Assembly: GCA_913047325.1 (NCBI GenBank)
Contig: CAJWTP010000002.1
Location: 20,181 to 84,180 of the forward strand
Length of the DNA stretch: 64,000 bases
Direction: 5' to 3'
DNA from: an uncultured Gammaproteobacteria bacterium
GTDB taxonomy: Bacteria > Pseudomonadota > Gammaproteobacteria > PS1 > Pseudothioglobaceae
Positions 32,470-43,681 of this stretch are shown piece after piece. The notes beneath the pieces were generated by a model. The model did not search any database and was not told the DNA's origin. It saw only the letters and a list, made by a program, of their open reading frames with translations. Made by a program: the position numbers and the translations under genes. Within the stretch, counting starts at the first letter, position 1. Each line of letters opens with the position of its first letter.

Positions 32470-33752
32470 AAAACTTTAATTAGCCCGGCTGCCTTGTGTT
32501 GTGTTTCTGCTAATTCTCTTTCCGGTATTGAGTCATAGACAATGCCAGCGCCGGCTCTAAAAGTTAAAACATTGTCTATATGAACGAAGCTACGTATGAG
32601 AATGTTAAAATCCATTTTTCCGTCAATACTTATATAGCCTACAGAACCGGTGTAAGCACCCCTTGTCATTTGTTCTAACTCGCTAATAATTTGCATACAG
32701 CGAACTTTTGGGCAACCAGTAATAGTCCCGCCAGGAAATAAAGCTCTAACTAGGTCCTTTATAGTTATGTCTTTTCTTAATTTTCCTTTTATATTTGAGA
32801 CAATATGATGCACATAAGGGTACGTTTCTAGTGTCATAACTTCGTTGACAAATACACTGCCGTATTGGCATATTCTGCCCATGTCGTTTCTTTCTAAGTC
32901 GAGCAACATGACATGTTCCGCTATCTCTTTAGGATGACTGATCAGGCCCTCTTTTTGAACTTCATCTTCGTCACCCTCTCCCCTAGGATGAGTTCCGGCA
33001 ATAGGCCTAGTCTGTACAATACCATCGTTGACAGAAAAAAGTCTTTCGGGAGATGAAGATATAATACTAAATCCTTCATACTGAACAAGGGCAGAAAATG
33101 GAGCTGGGTTAGCCTTCTTAAGCTCTTGGTAGATTACCGCAGATTTTATTTCTTCGGCTAGATGATATTGCCATTCTCTTGACAGGTTAACTTGAAAAAC
33201 GTCACCAGCAATAATATAGTCCTTGCTTGAGTTGACGCCTTTGATAAATTTATCTTCATTCTCCTGTGATAATTTTCCAGAAAAAGGTTGTGTTGGTATT
33301 GGGCTTAATGCCTCTATATCTTTAAGTACCATGTCAATTCGGTCGTGATTATTATCCTGGTCTATAATTTGGAAGGTTCCCGATTGATGATCAGTTATTA
33401 TTGCACAGGGTATTTCTATAGCACAAGCTATAGGGAGTTGAGATGTATGAATATTGTCAGCTAAAATTGGCTCTATTTGACCGATGAGCTCATAGGAGAG
33501 GTAAACAAACCATCCGCCTGCAAAAGGTAAATTTGTGTTTTCTTTATCTAGTTGAACTTGACTTTCTAGCTTACTAAGAAAGTCAAAGTCTGAAAATTCG
33601 TTAAGAATAATCTTTTTGCCCGGAAAGGCAAACAATATTGAATATCTGTTATTTTCGTTATGGTTAACGCTTTCAAGTAAGAAAGGGTAACGTTCCTTGT
33701 TGTGATAACAAAGTGACGCTAAATCTACACATTCTATTTCTAGGATTTGCAC
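32460..33752 (-). CDS. Chorismate-binding enzyme (PabB / anthranilate synthase component I family)
   Basis: GDVFQVNLS, SPERLF, RPIAGT, AEHVMLLDLERND, FPGGTITGCPKVR. Confidence 0.88.
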   Translation of the reverse strand: MQILEIECVDLASLCYHNKERYPFLLESVNHNENNRYSILFAFPGKKIILNEFSDFDFLSKLESQVQLDKENTNLPFAGGWFVYLSYELIGQIEPILADNIHTSQLPIACAIEIPCAIITDHQSGTFQIIDQDNNHDRIDMVLKDIEALSPIPTQPFSGKLSQENEDKFIKGVNSSKDYIIAGDVFQVNLSREWQYHLAEEIKSAVIYQELKKANPAPFSALVQYEGFSIISSSPERLFSVNDGIVQTRPIAGTHPRGEGDEDEVQKEGLISHPKEIAEHVMLLDLERNDMGRICQYGSVFVNEVMTLETYPYVHHIVSNIKGKLRKDITIKDLVRALFPGGTITGCPKVRCMQIISELEQMTRGAYTGSVGYISIDGKMDFNILIRSFVHIDNVLTFRAGAGIVYDSIPERELAETQHKAAGLIKVFHG

Positions 33753-33771
33753 AATTTGAGTAAAGCTCTAG

Positions 33772-34548
33772 CTACTGAAGTTCTTTAAGCTTTTGTTTGG
33801 CTTTAATGTTGAGATTATGTTCAGGAAACTTTTCAAGCATTGAAGTCAATATATTCTTTGCGGCCTCCAATTCATTTAACTCTATAAGTGCGTTTGCTAA
33901 ATCATACATTGAGTTGGCGAATTTAGCATGTCGCGGGTTTTTATTTTGAAATCTTACAAATGCATCCTTTGCTTCGAGGTATGATTTATTTGCGGAATAT
34001 GCCCTGCCCAGCCAGTATGTTGCATCAGCAAAATTCTTATAATCAGGATATTTTTCTAGATAACTTTGAAATAGCTCAATTGCATTTTCATTTTCTCCAG
34101 CTAGCAAGAGTTTTCTAGCGTCATCGTAAATTTTTGTAGCCTCATCATCACTTTTTTTGTTATCGATAATAGCTTCTTTGACTGCCACTTTAGTTAGTTT
34201 TAACTCGAGCATTTCAAACAATTCAGAAATTTTTTGAGCATTTACTCTCTCTTTTTCGGCGAGTAATTCGTACTGCTCTTTAAGTGAAAGGATGTCATTA
34301 TTTAGGGCGTCAACTTTTTTCTTAAGATTAAAAAAACCCATCTCAAGGTCTAATCCTTTAGTTGTTTTTTCCCCGGAAAGTAATTTATATTTTTCTTGAA
34401 GCGATGCGATGTCATCATTCATCGAGGTGATTTTGATTATCAGACCTATATATGCTTGCTCTATATCTACAGTGTCGCTTGCTTGTAGCTTGACGACAGT
34501 AAGAATGCACAATAGCGAGACAGCAATCTTAAGAAGTTTCATTTTCAT
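33772..34548 (-). CDS. cpoB: Tol-Pal associated CpoB/YbgF
   Basis: Signal peptide, coiled coil, TPRs (DATYWLGRAY); downstream of pal. Confidence 0.8.
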   Translation of the reverse strand: MKMKLLKIAVSLLCILTVVKLQASDTVDIEQAYIGLIIKITSMNDDIASLQEKYKLLSGEKTTKGLDLEMGFFNLKKKVDALNNDILSLKEQYELLAEKERVNAQKISELFEMLELKLTKVAVKEAIIDNKKSDDEATKIYDDARKLLLAGENENAIELFQSYLEKYPDYKNFADATYWLGRAYSANKSYLEAKDAFVRFQNKNPRHAKFANSMYDLANALIELNELEAAKNILTSMLEKFPEHNLNIKAKQKLKELQ

Positions 34549-34600
34549 CAGACGTCAGCAAACAAATGCTGAAATATAAACGTTGGCAATGAATGCCAGT

Positions 34601-35476
34601 TTAATAGTATACGAATTCTACGCGACGATTTAGTTCCCAGGCGGCTTCATCGTGAGTGAAAGCGACGGGACTTTCTTCGCCAAAACTGATCACTTCAATT
34701 CTGTCTTCTAGATTATATAACCCGAGCACCTCTTTAACGCTTAAAGCTCTATTTTCACCAAGTGCTAGATTGTATTCTCTTGTGCCACGCTCGTCAGCAT
34801 GACCTTCAAGGCGAAGATGGACTGAAGGATTGTTCTGCATGAAATTTGCATGATTAATTATCACTCTAGTTGCTTCTTCATCTATTTCAGAATCATCATA
34901 AGCGAAATATAGGACTGACTCAACACCTGAACTCTTGAGAGTGTCAATCGCAGTCTGGTTAGCAGAACTCTCATCACTTGAATCTTTGGCAACTCCTGCT
35001 TCTGCAAGCGCCTCAATCAATTCTTCTCTGTTTGCAAGATTTCCATCATCGCCAAGTACTATTTTGTCGGCATTTCCAGACTCTACAGCTTTTTGGATTA
35101 ATTCAGAATCAGAAAGTTTTTCAAGGTCGCTCTTAGTAAGAACTCCACCTTTAGTAAGGCCTGCATCTAATAGCGCTTGAATCAATTCCTCTCTGTTTGC
35201 AAGATTGCCATTTTCGTCTAGCTTCACGATATCCATAAAGCCAGTCTCTTCAGCTATTTTAATTAGGTCAGTATTTGATAATTTGCGCAGATCTTCTTCA
35301 GAAAAAATAGCACTTGAGCCTTCAACGATTAACTGCGCCTCACTTAAATCAGCAACTTCTACAGCATCATCTGAAGGGTTGATTAAATCGAGGAATTTGT
35401 CTCCTAATTCAGAGACACTTGTTGAACATGAGCTTAGAAGAATTACGCTTGATACGAGCAGGATTTTTTTTATCAT
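34601..35476 (-). CDS. pal: Peptidoglycan-associated lipoprotein with duplicated internal domain
   Basis: Lipobox LSSC; OmpA domain LEGHADERGTREYNLALGENRA...NRRVE; follows tolB. Confidence 0.88.
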   Translation of the reverse strand: MIKKILLVSSVILLSSCSTSVSELGDKFLDLINPSDDAVEVADLSEAQLIVEGSSAIFSEEDLRKLSNTDLIKIAEETGFMDIVKLDENGNLANREELIQALLDAGLTKGGVLTKSDLEKLSDSELIQKAVESGNADKIVLGDDGNLANREELIEALAEAGVAKDSSDESSANQTAIDTLKSSGVESVLYFAYDDSEIDEEATRVIINHANFMQNNPSVHLRLEGHADERGTREYNLALGENRALSVKEVLGLYNLEDRIEVISFGEESPVAFTHDEAAWELNRRVEFVYY

Positions 35477-35617
35477 TTTTGTTGTTTCCTTATAAGTTAT
35501 TACTCAGAAATACTAAACGAACACGTAACTAAACACTGTATTCGATCTTCTTCCACAATTCTATATAAAAAACATTATCCCACTATTTGTTGGAACAGAA
35601 TTAATTATTTTCCTTGA

Positions 35618-36904
35618 TCATTGTTTGGAATAATTTGACCAACTCGGCTCTCTAACTTCTCCATCTTTTTGAGCCAATTCAACAATCTGGTCATTGTACA
35701 AGGAAATCACAGATAGTACACCTTTGTTGTTGCGGTTAGTTGAAAAAATTATCATACCTCCATTTGGAGAAAAATATGGCGACTCATCTAATTTGTTTTG
35801 AGTTAATACAGTTAAATCTCGTGATTTAATATCCAGCAAGGCAACTCTATAATCTTTTCCAACTCTATGAACAAGAGCCAGTTGTTTTCCATCTGGTGAA
35901 AAGACAGGCTTGGAATTGTAGCTACCTTCAAATGTAGCGCGTTTTATTTTCCCAGAATTTAAATTTTTTATATATATTTGAACTTGGCCTGTGCGATTAG
36001 AGGTAAAAGCTATGCTGTTGCCGTCGGGCGAAAAGTTTGCCTCAGTATCAATTGCAACATTCGTAGTGAGTCTTTCTAGTTTTTTGCTCTTAAGGTGATA
36101 ACGGTATATATCTTTGTTGCCTTTGTTTGATATTGTCATTGCGAGACTTTCTCCACTTGGATGCCATGCAGGAGCTGAAGCAATACCGTCAAATTTGGGA
36201 AGTTTTAATGATTTAAGCCTCATAAATGGGTATTTAATGAAGACCTCTGACCTCCCATTGATAAAGGAAACATAGGCAATTTTATTTTGGTCAGGAGACC
36301 AAGCAGGAGAAAGTATTGGATAACGAGATTTAACAACTGCTTGAGAGTTATGACCATCTGAGTCAGAAATTTCAAGTTGATAATATGTTTGCCCCTTTTT
36401 ATCCTCATCTGAGACTGTGACATATGTTAGTCTAGTATCAAAGGACCCTTTCTGGCCAAGCAAAATATAGTATATTCTGTCACTCAAGTAATGTGCAATT
36501 CTTCTAGTACCTGTATTGTGTATTGCAATTTTTTTAGCGTAGAGCTGCTTCTGAGAATAAACATCGTAAACATAAATAAAGATATTGAATACCTTTTCGC
36601 TAACCTTTTCTACCCTACCAAATACAATGGCGTCCTTTTTTTGTTGTTTCCAGTAACCAAAGTCAATTTGGTTTGTTATCGGTTTAGAGGTGCTGATTGC
36701 ATTAAATTGGCCAGAGCGATTTAAGTTGTCACTAATAATATTAGCAATTATGGCGCCACTCTCTGCCCCACCTCCCACTTTAAAAGGAGCTATAACTATA
36801 GGGAAAGAGTCTTCTTGAGTTTTTACAATGCTTACTTCTAAAAGCGCGTGAGCAATCGAAGATACAAGGGTTAATAGCAATAAGCCAGACTTAATGTAAT
36901 TCAA
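35618..36904 (-). CDS. tolB: Tol-Pal beta-propeller protein TolB
   Basis: G.KGSFDTRLTYV, SPAWSPD and repeated FSPDG blades. Confidence 0.93.
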   Translation of the reverse strand: MNYIKSGLLLLTLVSSIAHALLEVSIVKTQEDSFPIVIAPFKVGGGAESGAIIANIISDNLNRSGQFNAISTSKPITNQIDFGYWKQQKKDAIVFGRVEKVSEKVFNIFIYVYDVYSQKQLYAKKIAIHNTGTRRIAHYLSDRIYYILLGQKGSFDTRLTYVTVSDEDKKGQTYYQLEISDSDGHNSQAVVKSRYPILSPAWSPDQNKIAYVSFINGRSEVFIKYPFMRLKSLKLPKFDGIASAPAWHPSGESLAMTISNKGNKDIYRYHLKSKKLERLTTNVAIDTEANFSPDGNSIAFTSNRTGQVQIYIKNLNSGKIKRATFEGSYNSKPVFSPDGKQLALVHRVGKDYRVALLDIKSRDLTVLTQNKLDESPYFSPNGGMIIFSTNRNNKGVLSVISLYNDQIVELAQKDGEVREPSWSNYSKQ

Positions 36905-37098
36905 CTTTTTTCCTCAATCCAGTGCATTTGAATAGCCTCAAGAACTCTTTCACCGCAACGAGAGTCGCCCTCCACGAATTCATCTAATCCGCTTATAAAT
37001 TGACGCAAGTCAACAAAATTAATTTTTTTAGGGTCAATATCAGGATGACTTTCTGCAAGGGCAATGGCTATTTCTAAAGAGTCGGTCCAATTCATCAT
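36901..37098 (-). CDS. iscX: Fe-S assembly protein IscX
   Basis: WTDSLEIAIAL.E.HPD.DP..I.F.DL...LEAIQ..W. Confidence 0.92.
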   Translation of the reverse strand: MMNWTDSLEIAIALAESHPDIDPKKINFVDLRQFISGLDEFVEGDSRCGERVLEAIQMHWIEEKS

Positions 37099-37170
37099 TA
37101 ATTAAAGGACTAAATAATTTGTAAACGTCATTTTAATCAATTGAGGCTCTATTTAGTATTGTTTTTTTGG

Positions 37171-39276
37171 TTAATTTCTAGAAGCTGAAATAACGTGGGG
37201 CAATTCACTTAACTTGTCCAGTACATTATTAAGCTGGACAATGTTTGAGACCAAAATAATCAAATCAATTGATTTTTTTGCTTGGGGCTTGTCTCTTTGC
37301 ACTATGTGTTCAATGTTAACTCTTAAGCTAGCTAATACATTGGCTATAGTTGCCAATGTTCCGCTATGGTTATCAACTAAGCAGCTAACAGAGATTTCAA
37401 AGAGTTCTTTATCGTCAGCATTCCAGTCAATGTCCATCCATTGAGGGCTTTTCTGCTTGATATGCAATAGGTTGGCACAGTTTGAACGATGCATTACCAT
37501 GCCTTTGCTTGTTGTCAATATACCTGTCACTTCGTCGCCGGGAATTGGATAGCAGCAATGCGCGAAGTTTATAGCCATCCCTTTTGTTTTTTGTATTGTG
37601 ATTGAATTTATGGTTGTTTCACTGATGCCTTGAATTAATTTGTTTACAACTACAGCTACAAAAATCTCTGACAACCCAACCTTGATATACAGCTCTTTTG
37701 GCGATTTGCAATGGAGCTCTTTTAAACATTCTGTCCATCTTTCTTTAGAAATGTCAGAAATGTCAATTTTATGAAGATTGAGCGCGTCAGTAACCAAATG
37801 TTTTCCTAATTTTGCTAACTCTGATTTGGAGTTTTCTTTTAATTGTGCCTTAATGGCAAATTTAGCTTTAGAAGTGGTTACTATATCAAGCCATTTAGGG
37901 ATAGGCTTAACAAAACGGCTTGTTATAATTTCAACTGTCTGACCAGATTTTAATTCTGTTTCTAGTTCTGCAGGGTTGCCATTAATGGTTGCTTTTTGAG
38001 TTCTCTTGCCTACATTAGTATGCACGGCATAAGCAAAATCAAGCACTGTTGATCTTAATGGTAGTTGAATGATTTTTCCTGCAGGAGTAAAAATAAAAAC
38101 CTCATTGGAAAACAAGTCTGCCTTTGTGCTTTCAAGAAAATCGGCTGAAGAGTCGGAGTTTTGTTGGATATCAAGCAGGGAGCCTAGCCAACTTCTAGCA
38201 AGCTTCTCAGTGGGCTCTTTTATATTTTTATAGTGCCAATGTGCCGCAATCCCATAGTCGGAAATAAAATGCATTTCTTTTGAACGAATCTGCACTTCAA
38301 TAAACATTTTCCTTGGGCCCAACAAAACTGTATGGATCGACTGATAGCCATTAGGCTTTGGGGCGGCAATATAGTCTTTGAATTTCAAGGGGATAGGTTT
38401 ATACAGGCTGTGAAGTATGCCCAAAGTTTGATAACACTGTTGGTTATTTTCAACAATGACACGGAATGCGTACATATCAAGCACTTCAGAGAACTTCAAT
38501 GACTTCATTTTCATTTTGTTGTAAACACTGAAAGGCTGTTTTTGACGCCCTTCTACATCGCCGTTTATACCTTCAAGTCCAAGCCTATTCTCAATCTCAG
38601 TTTTAATTGCTGAGATCATTTTCTTTTGGTTGCCGTATTGATTCTTGATCTTTCTTTTAAGAACTCCATATCTGTGAGGGTGAATCGTTTGAAAACATAG
38701 ATCATCCAATTCCACTCTGATGCTGTGAAGGCCAAGTCGACGTGCAATAGGGGCGTGAAGTTCGGCAGTTTCTTTGGCTTTTTGCATCTGTTTTTCAGGG
38801 CTCACTGAGTCAATTGTGCGCATATTGTGAAGTCGGTCTGCAAGCTTAATAACCATTACACGCATATCTTTAGACATTGCAAAAAACAATTTTTGAAAAT
38901 TGCTTGCCTGTTTTTGTGAACTAGAAGTAAATTCAAGGTTGGTCAACTTGGATATCCCCTCCACTATATGCGCTACCTGCTCTCCAAAAGTTTCAGAGAT
39001 ATCCTCTTTTGTTACGATTGTATCCTCGATACAATCATGCAAGATAGCGGCAACGATACAAAAATAGTCGAGCTCTAATTTGGCCAGTATTAACGCGACA
39101 GCAAGAGGGTGGTGTATATAGTCCTCACCAGACTGTCTATATTGCCCTTCATGGGCAGTTTTTGCAACTTTATAAGCTTTCTTTACTAAACCGACTTCCT
39201 CTTTAGTAAGATAGTTTTCCAATACTTTGCAAAGATCGCTAATTAAGGTTTTTTTATGAAAAAACGTGATTGCCAT
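37171..39276 (-). CDS. spoT: Bifunctional (p)ppGpp synthetase/hydrolase
   Basis: HD domain (LHDCIED), KPNGYQSIHT, EVQIR, TGS and ACT domains. Confidence 0.93.
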   Translation of the reverse strand: MAITFFHKKTLISDLCKVLENYLTKEEVGLVKKAYKVAKTAHEGQYRQSGEDYIHHPLAVALILAKLELDYFCIVAAILHDCIEDTIVTKEDISETFGEQVAHIVEGISKLTNLEFTSSSQKQASNFQKLFFAMSKDMRVMVIKLADRLHNMRTIDSVSPEKQMQKAKETAELHAPIARRLGLHSIRVELDDLCFQTIHPHRYGVLKRKIKNQYGNQKKMISAIKTEIENRLGLEGINGDVEGRQKQPFSVYNKMKMKSLKFSEVLDMYAFRVIVENNQQCYQTLGILHSLYKPIPLKFKDYIAAPKPNGYQSIHTVLLGPRKMFIEVQIRSKEMHFISDYGIAAHWHYKNIKEPTEKLARSWLGSLLDIQQNSDSSADFLESTKADLFSNEVFIFTPAGKIIQLPLRSTVLDFAYAVHTNVGKRTQKATINGNPAELETELKSGQTVEIITSRFVKPIPKWLDIVTTSKAKFAIKAQLKENSKSELAKLGKHLVTDALNLHKIDISDISKERWTECLKELHCKSPKELYIKVGLSEIFVAVVVNKLIQGISETTINSITIQKTKGMAINFAHCCYPIPGDEVTGILTTSKGMVMHRSNCANLLHIKQKSPQWMDIDWNADDKELFEISVSCLVDNHSGTLATIANVLASLRVNIEHIVQRDKPQAKKSIDLIILVSNIVQLNNVLDKLSELPHVISASRN

Positions 39277-39414
39277 TGCCTAAATAATATTACGATTAGA
39301 TTGATATTATTATAAGCTTATTGGAATAAATGATTCTAGATTATACAAAGGTTTCTATGACTTCTACAGCCTAGTATAATGCATTTATTTAATCAATTTT
39401 GAAGTAATCTTTGT

Positions 39415-40182
39415 ATGAAAAAAACCTTAGTAATATCATTAATATCTCTTATATTCTTGAGTGGCTGCAGTTTATTTACAAAAGATAAAGTAAAAGGTCC
39501 TGTTGCTGATGGATTAACGCCTAAAGCTTTATATGAACTGGCGCAAGAAAAACAAGATGCTGGCTCCACAAACCAAGCTATCGAACATTTAGAAACTATA
39601 ATGGCGGCTTATCCGGGGTCAAAATATTCAATACAAGCTCGATTGGATATCGCTTATTACTTGTTTAAACGTAAAGAATATACTCGAGCACTACTGGAGT
39701 TAAATTCATTTATTGATCTCTACCCTGCTCATCCTACTACTCCTTATGCTTATTATTTAAGGGGGGCTATCGCTGAAGATCAATCAAGCTCAATGTTAGA
39801 CGAAATTGTAACTGATAGCGCTCAAAGGGATGTTCAGAGTGTTCGTGATGCCTATAGTTACTATAAGCTGTTGATTGATACATTCCCTGCCTCTAAATAT
39901 TCTGAAGAAGCGAAAAATAAGTTAATTAAACTAAAAAATATTCTAGCAAGGCATGAACTATATGTAGCTATATATTACACAAAATATAACTCCTTTATAG
40001 CGGCAATAAATCGCTGTAAATATTTAATCGAACACTATCCTAATACACCTTCTATTCCAGATGCTCTTCATCTCATGGCTCGTAACTATGATGAGATTAT
40101 GGCTTCAAAACTTGCCCAAGATGCGAGAGCTATTTTGGCAGCTAGTTACCCCAGCTATAGCCCTAGATACAGCCTAGATTAA
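39415..40182 (+). CDS. bamD: Outer membrane assembly lipoprotein BamD
   Basis: Lipobox LSGC, TPRs, LARHELYVA.YY, AAINR. Confidence 0.92.
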   Translation: MKKTLVISLISLIFLSGCSLFTKDKVKGPVADGLTPKALYELAQEKQDAGSTNQAIEHLETIMAAYPGSKYSIQARLDIAYYLFKRKEYTRALLELNSFIDLYPAHPTTPYAYYLRGAIAEDQSSSMLDEIVTDSAQRDVQSVRDAYSYYKLLIDTFPASKYSEEAKNKLIKLKNILARHELYVAIYYTKYNSFIAAINRCKYLIEHYPNTPSIPDALHLMARNYDEIMASKLAQDARAILAASYPSYSPRYSLD

Positions 40183-40201
40183 TTCTATTTGTAGATTAAA
40201 T

Positions 40202-41368
40202 ATGAATTCAATTGAGCGAATTCTTGCCCTTAAAGTTTCATTGGTGATGGCAACAAGAATGCTGGGTTTGTTTATGCTATTTCCAGTAATCAGTGTATAC
40301 GCCAATGAGTATCAAAACACTACCCCGTTTTTAATAGGATTGGCGATAGGTATTTATGGTCTTACGCAGGCTTTTTTCCAAATACCTTTTGGCTATCTAT
40401 CTGACAGGTTTGGTAGAAAACCGTTGCTTTATATGGGTCTGAGCTTGTTTTTCCTGGGAAGTGTTTTAGCTGCAAATTCAACAAATGTTTTCTATGTTAT
40501 TCTAGGTAGGGCTCTTCAGGGTAGTGGAGCGATTTCGGCTGTCCTGATGGCGCTTTTGGCAGACTCAATTTCTGAGGAGAATCGCTCAAAAGCGAATGCA
40601 TTTGTTGGTTTTCAAATTGGTCTGGCCTTTATGCTTTCACTGCTTATTGGTCCGTCCATTGCTTCAATCGCAGGTCTTTCTGGAATTTTTTGGATTATAG
40701 CCCTTCTTTCTGTCGTCTCCATGACTATAGTTGCTAGTTTGCCACACGCAAAACCGATAAATTATTATCGATTATCGATTGATGAATTTAGGAAGGTTTT
40801 GAATCCAAGATTATTACGGCTAGATTTTAGCGCGTTCATTTTGCATTTAACACTAGCCAGTGGTTTTATTGTCTTGCCATTGCTGCTTGTTGAGAACAAT
40901 ATTATTAATATAGCTGACAACTGGAAACTATACTTGCCTGCTATGATGATGTCATTTGTAGGCATGGTTCCATTAATAATACTTGCAGAAAAATTGCAAA
41001 AAACAAAACTCATTTTGCTCCTATCCATTGCTTTATTGATAATCAGCCAATTGCTATTTTATAAATTAAGACTCAACTTCAGCATATTTCTCATGGCATT
41101 AACGTTATTCTTTATTGCATTTAATACTATTGAGGCAATACTCCCTTCTCTTTTATCTAGAACCGCGAACGCCTCAAAGAGAGGTTTAGCGATGGGGGTT
41201 TTTTCAACTTCACAATTTTTAGGCACCTTTTTCGGAGGTGCGATTGGAGGTTTGATTTATGACATTTTTAGCCTAAATAGTGTATTCTTATTTACCATAT
41301 TTATGGCAATTATTTGGTGGCTTGTTATCTTGACTTTGCCACAAAACAACAACCAAACGGAGAAATAG
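40202..41368 (+). CDS. MFS transporter (YajR-like)
   Basis: [27 protein letters not shown]; upstream of ssb. Confidence 0.9.
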   Translation: MNSIERILALKVSLVMATRMLGLFMLFPVISVYANEYQNTTPFLIGLAIGIYGLTQAFFQIPFGYLSDRFGRKPLLYMGLSLFFLGSVLAANSTNVFYVILGRALQGSGAISAVLMALLADSISEENRSKANAFVGFQIGLAFMLSLLIGPSIASIAGLSGIFWIIALLSVVSMTIVASLPHAKPINYYRLSIDEFRKVLNPRLLRLDFSAFILHLTLASGFIVLPLLLVENNIINIADNWKLYLPAMMMSFVGMVPLIILAEKLQKTKLILLLSIALLIISQLLFYKLRLNFSIFLMALTLFFIAFNTIEAILPSLLSRTANASKRGLAMGVFSTSQFLGTFFGGAIGGLIYDIFSLNSVFLFTIFMAIIWWLVILTLPQNNNQTEK

Positions 41369-41370
41369 TT

Positions 41371-41841
41371 ATGGCAGGCATTAATAAAGTGATATTAGTT
41401 GGCAACCTAGGTGCAAAGCCTGAAGTTAAATACGCCTCAAATGGTAATGCAATTGCCAATCTCTCTGTCGCAACAAGTGAATCTTGGACGGATAAAAACT
41501 CCGGTGAAAGGCAGGATAGAACAGAATGGCACCGCGTAAGCCTGTTTGGCAAGTTAGCTGAAATTGCAGGACAATATTTAGATAAAGGCTCCAAGGTTTA
41601 TGTCGAAGGAAAGTTACAAACTCGTAAATGGCAGGACCAAAACGGTCAAGACCGTTACACCACTGAAGTTGTGGTAAGCGGTTTCAATGGAACTTTACAA
41701 ATGCTTGATAGGCGAGACGATGCAGGTTCTAAACCACCAAGCGCCCCTTCTAGTGCAAAAACTGATTCAACGCCAAGCCAGCCTGAGCCTAGCATTACTC
41801 CTGTCGCTCAAGAAGAGTTCGAAGACGATATACCTTTCTAA
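41371..41841 (+). CDS. ssb: Single-stranded DNA-binding protein
   Basis: [21 protein letters not shown]-terminal DDIPF. Confidence 0.97.
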   Translation: MAGINKVILVGNLGAKPEVKYASNGNAIANLSVATSESWTDKNSGERQDRTEWHRVSLFGKLAEIAGQYLDKGSKVYVEGKLQTRKWQDQNGQDRYTTEVVVSGFNGTLQMLDRRDDAGSKPPSAPSSAKTDSTPSQPEPSITPVAQEEFEDDIPF

Positions 41842-41864
41842 TCTTTCGAGTTTAACTGTAACGC

Positions 41865-42257
41865 CTAGTTATCTTTTTTTTCCGACTCCAAGACAACAAA
41901 TGCAATAGCGTTCTTGGTCTCATCCGAGATGCTGAGGTGGGCTTGTGCAATATTTTTTTCGACTAAGTATTGCCTCAATTTTTCACTGGGGATGAAGTAT
42001 GGTTTACCGTTTTCGTTACTTCTAACGGTCAGATCTTGGAAACTAACTACCCTGCCAATTCCAGTGCCAAGAGCTTTTGCAAAGGCTTCTTTGGCTGCAA
42101 AACGTTTTGCGCAATACGCCGCATTATCTGCTTTATTAGCAAATAGAGCTCTTTCGTGTTCTGTCAACACCCTTTTGATGAAGCCGTCACGATTTTTATT
42201 GAGGATATGAGAAATTCGATCAATATCAACTATATCAGTTCCAATGCCGTAAATCAT
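41865..42257 (-). CDS. acpS: Holo-ACP synthase
   Basis: [22 protein letters not shown]. Confidence 0.96.
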   Translation of the reverse strand: MIYGIGTDIVDIDRISHILNKNRDGFIKRVLTEHERALFANKADNAAYCAKRFAAKEAFAKALGTGIGRVVSFQDLTVRSNENGKPYFIPSEKLRQYLVEKNIAQAHLSISDETKNAIAFVVLESEKKDN

Positions 42258-42985
42258 ATTCCTCTAGCCTCCAGCATTAATGCTTTCATTTCACTAACCG
42301 CATTTGCTAAACCGATAAAAACAGACCTAGCCACAATAGAGTGTCCAATATTCAGCTCTACAATTTCATTAATTTCTGCAATCAATCTAGTGTTTTGGAT
42401 CGTTAATCCGTGTCCTGCATTTACTTGTAAACCCTGTTCATGTGCATACATGCAAGCTTTTTTGATTTGAGCATATCTACCATCTTGTTCTTCAATAGTT
42501 GTAGAATCCGCATAATGCCCCGTGTGTATTTCAATAACAGGTGCGCCGCAACTCAATGCGGCATCGATTTGTCTTTTGTCCGCATCAATAAATAGAGATG
42601 TTCTAACATTTTCTTCATTTAATTGCAGGCAAACCTCTGTCATGCGAGGTATTTGTGAAGCCACATCTAAACCACCTTCAGTGGTAAGCTCCTCTCTTTT
42701 TTCTGGAACCAGGCAGCAGTCTTGCGGCTTAATTTGTCCAGCAATTCTCAACATCTCGTCAGTTGCAGCCATTTCCAGATTCATTTTTGTTTTGAGGGAG
42801 CTACGAATTTCCTCAACATCACTATCTTGAATATGCCTTCTATCTTCACGTAGATGGAGTGTGATACTGTCAGCTCCGCTATTTTCACAAATCAGAGCTG
42901 CCTCTAATGGACTTGGATAGATTGTGCCTCTAGCCTCTCTTAGTGTAGCAATATGATCAATATTAACGCCTAAATAAATACTCAT
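42254..42985 (-). CDS. pdxJ: Pyridoxine 5'-phosphate synthase
   Basis: [27 protein letters not shown]. Confidence 0.97.
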   Translation of the reverse strand: MSIYLGVNIDHIATLREARGTIYPSPLEAALICENSGADSITLHLREDRRHIQDSDVEEIRSSLKTKMNLEMAATDEMLRIAGQIKPQDCCLVPEKREELTTEGGLDVASQIPRMTEVCLQLNEENVRTSLFIDADKRQIDAALSCGAPVIEIHTGHYADSTTIEEQDGRYAQIKKACMYAHEQGLQVNAGHGLTIQNTRLIAEINEIVELNIGHSIVARSVFIGLANAVSEMKALMLEARGI

Positions 42986-42994
42986 AATCAATAA

Positions 42995-43681
42995 TTAATT
43001 TGCAATAAACAGCTCTCTACTTTTGAGTGGCTTTTCTCCCAAAAGGGTTTGTAACCTTCCACGATTAAATTTTTTCAAAACAGCTAATTGATCAGGATTT
43101 GGTTTAGAGTCAAATTGACTATCTAACTGAAGTAGCGTTTTGCCTGATATTTTACCATTTTCGCTTACAACTAAACCTTCGCAGTCATCAAATCGATAGC
43201 TAAGATTAGGCTCAATTCTATTACCTAGGGAGTCTGACTTAAATTCCAAGCCGTAACCAAGCTCTTCAAGCAAAAGGTTTTCAAACAATCTCAAAGAAAA
43301 TTCTTTTTCAGCTTTGGCCTGAACGTTAATGTTATTAATAAAGTTATAATATTCGTCAAACAGTTTTTGGTGAGCTTCGTTATCTGGCAATAGCCGAGAT
43401 AACAGTTCATTGACGTAGAGACCTAGGACTAGATCATTGCCTATAAGGCGTCGAGGCTTATCGTTGATCTCCCAATGCGTCAGGGACTTGAGCTCTCCCT
43501 TCCCTTTGTAGGAAATATTGAGGCATTGGAACATCTGAAATGAGGTTTTGTTTTTTCTCGCACCACGAGCAACCAATCTTGTTTTTCCGTAATCTCGAAT
43601 TACAAAGTCTAACAATAATGAACTACCTTGAAATGTTCTTCGGTGAATTAAAAAGGCAGGCGTTAATTCAATATTAGTCAT
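42995..43681 (-). CDS. recO: DNA repair protein RecO
   Basis: AFLIHRR...SSLLLD...VARGAR, GLYVNELL, PLKSRELF; between era and pdxJ. Confidence 0.9.
   Translation of the reverse strand: MTNIELTPAFLIHRRTFQGSSLLLDFVIRDYGKTRLVARGARKNKTSFQMFQCLNISYKGKGELKSLTHWEINDKPRRLIGNDLVLGLYVNELLSRLLPDNEAHQKLFDEYYNFINNINVQAKAEKEFSLRLFENLLLEELGYGLEFKSDSLGNRIEPNLSYRFDDCEGLVVSENGKISGKTLLQLDSQFDSKPNPDQLAVLKKFNRGRLQTLLGEKPLKSRELFIAN

Noticed and set aside
37105-37115. Isolated AAGGACTAAAT upstream of iscX (similar single hits near 11474 and 16677)
   Set aside because: Single partial matches to the 11-bp motif are expected by chance; not counted as part of the array
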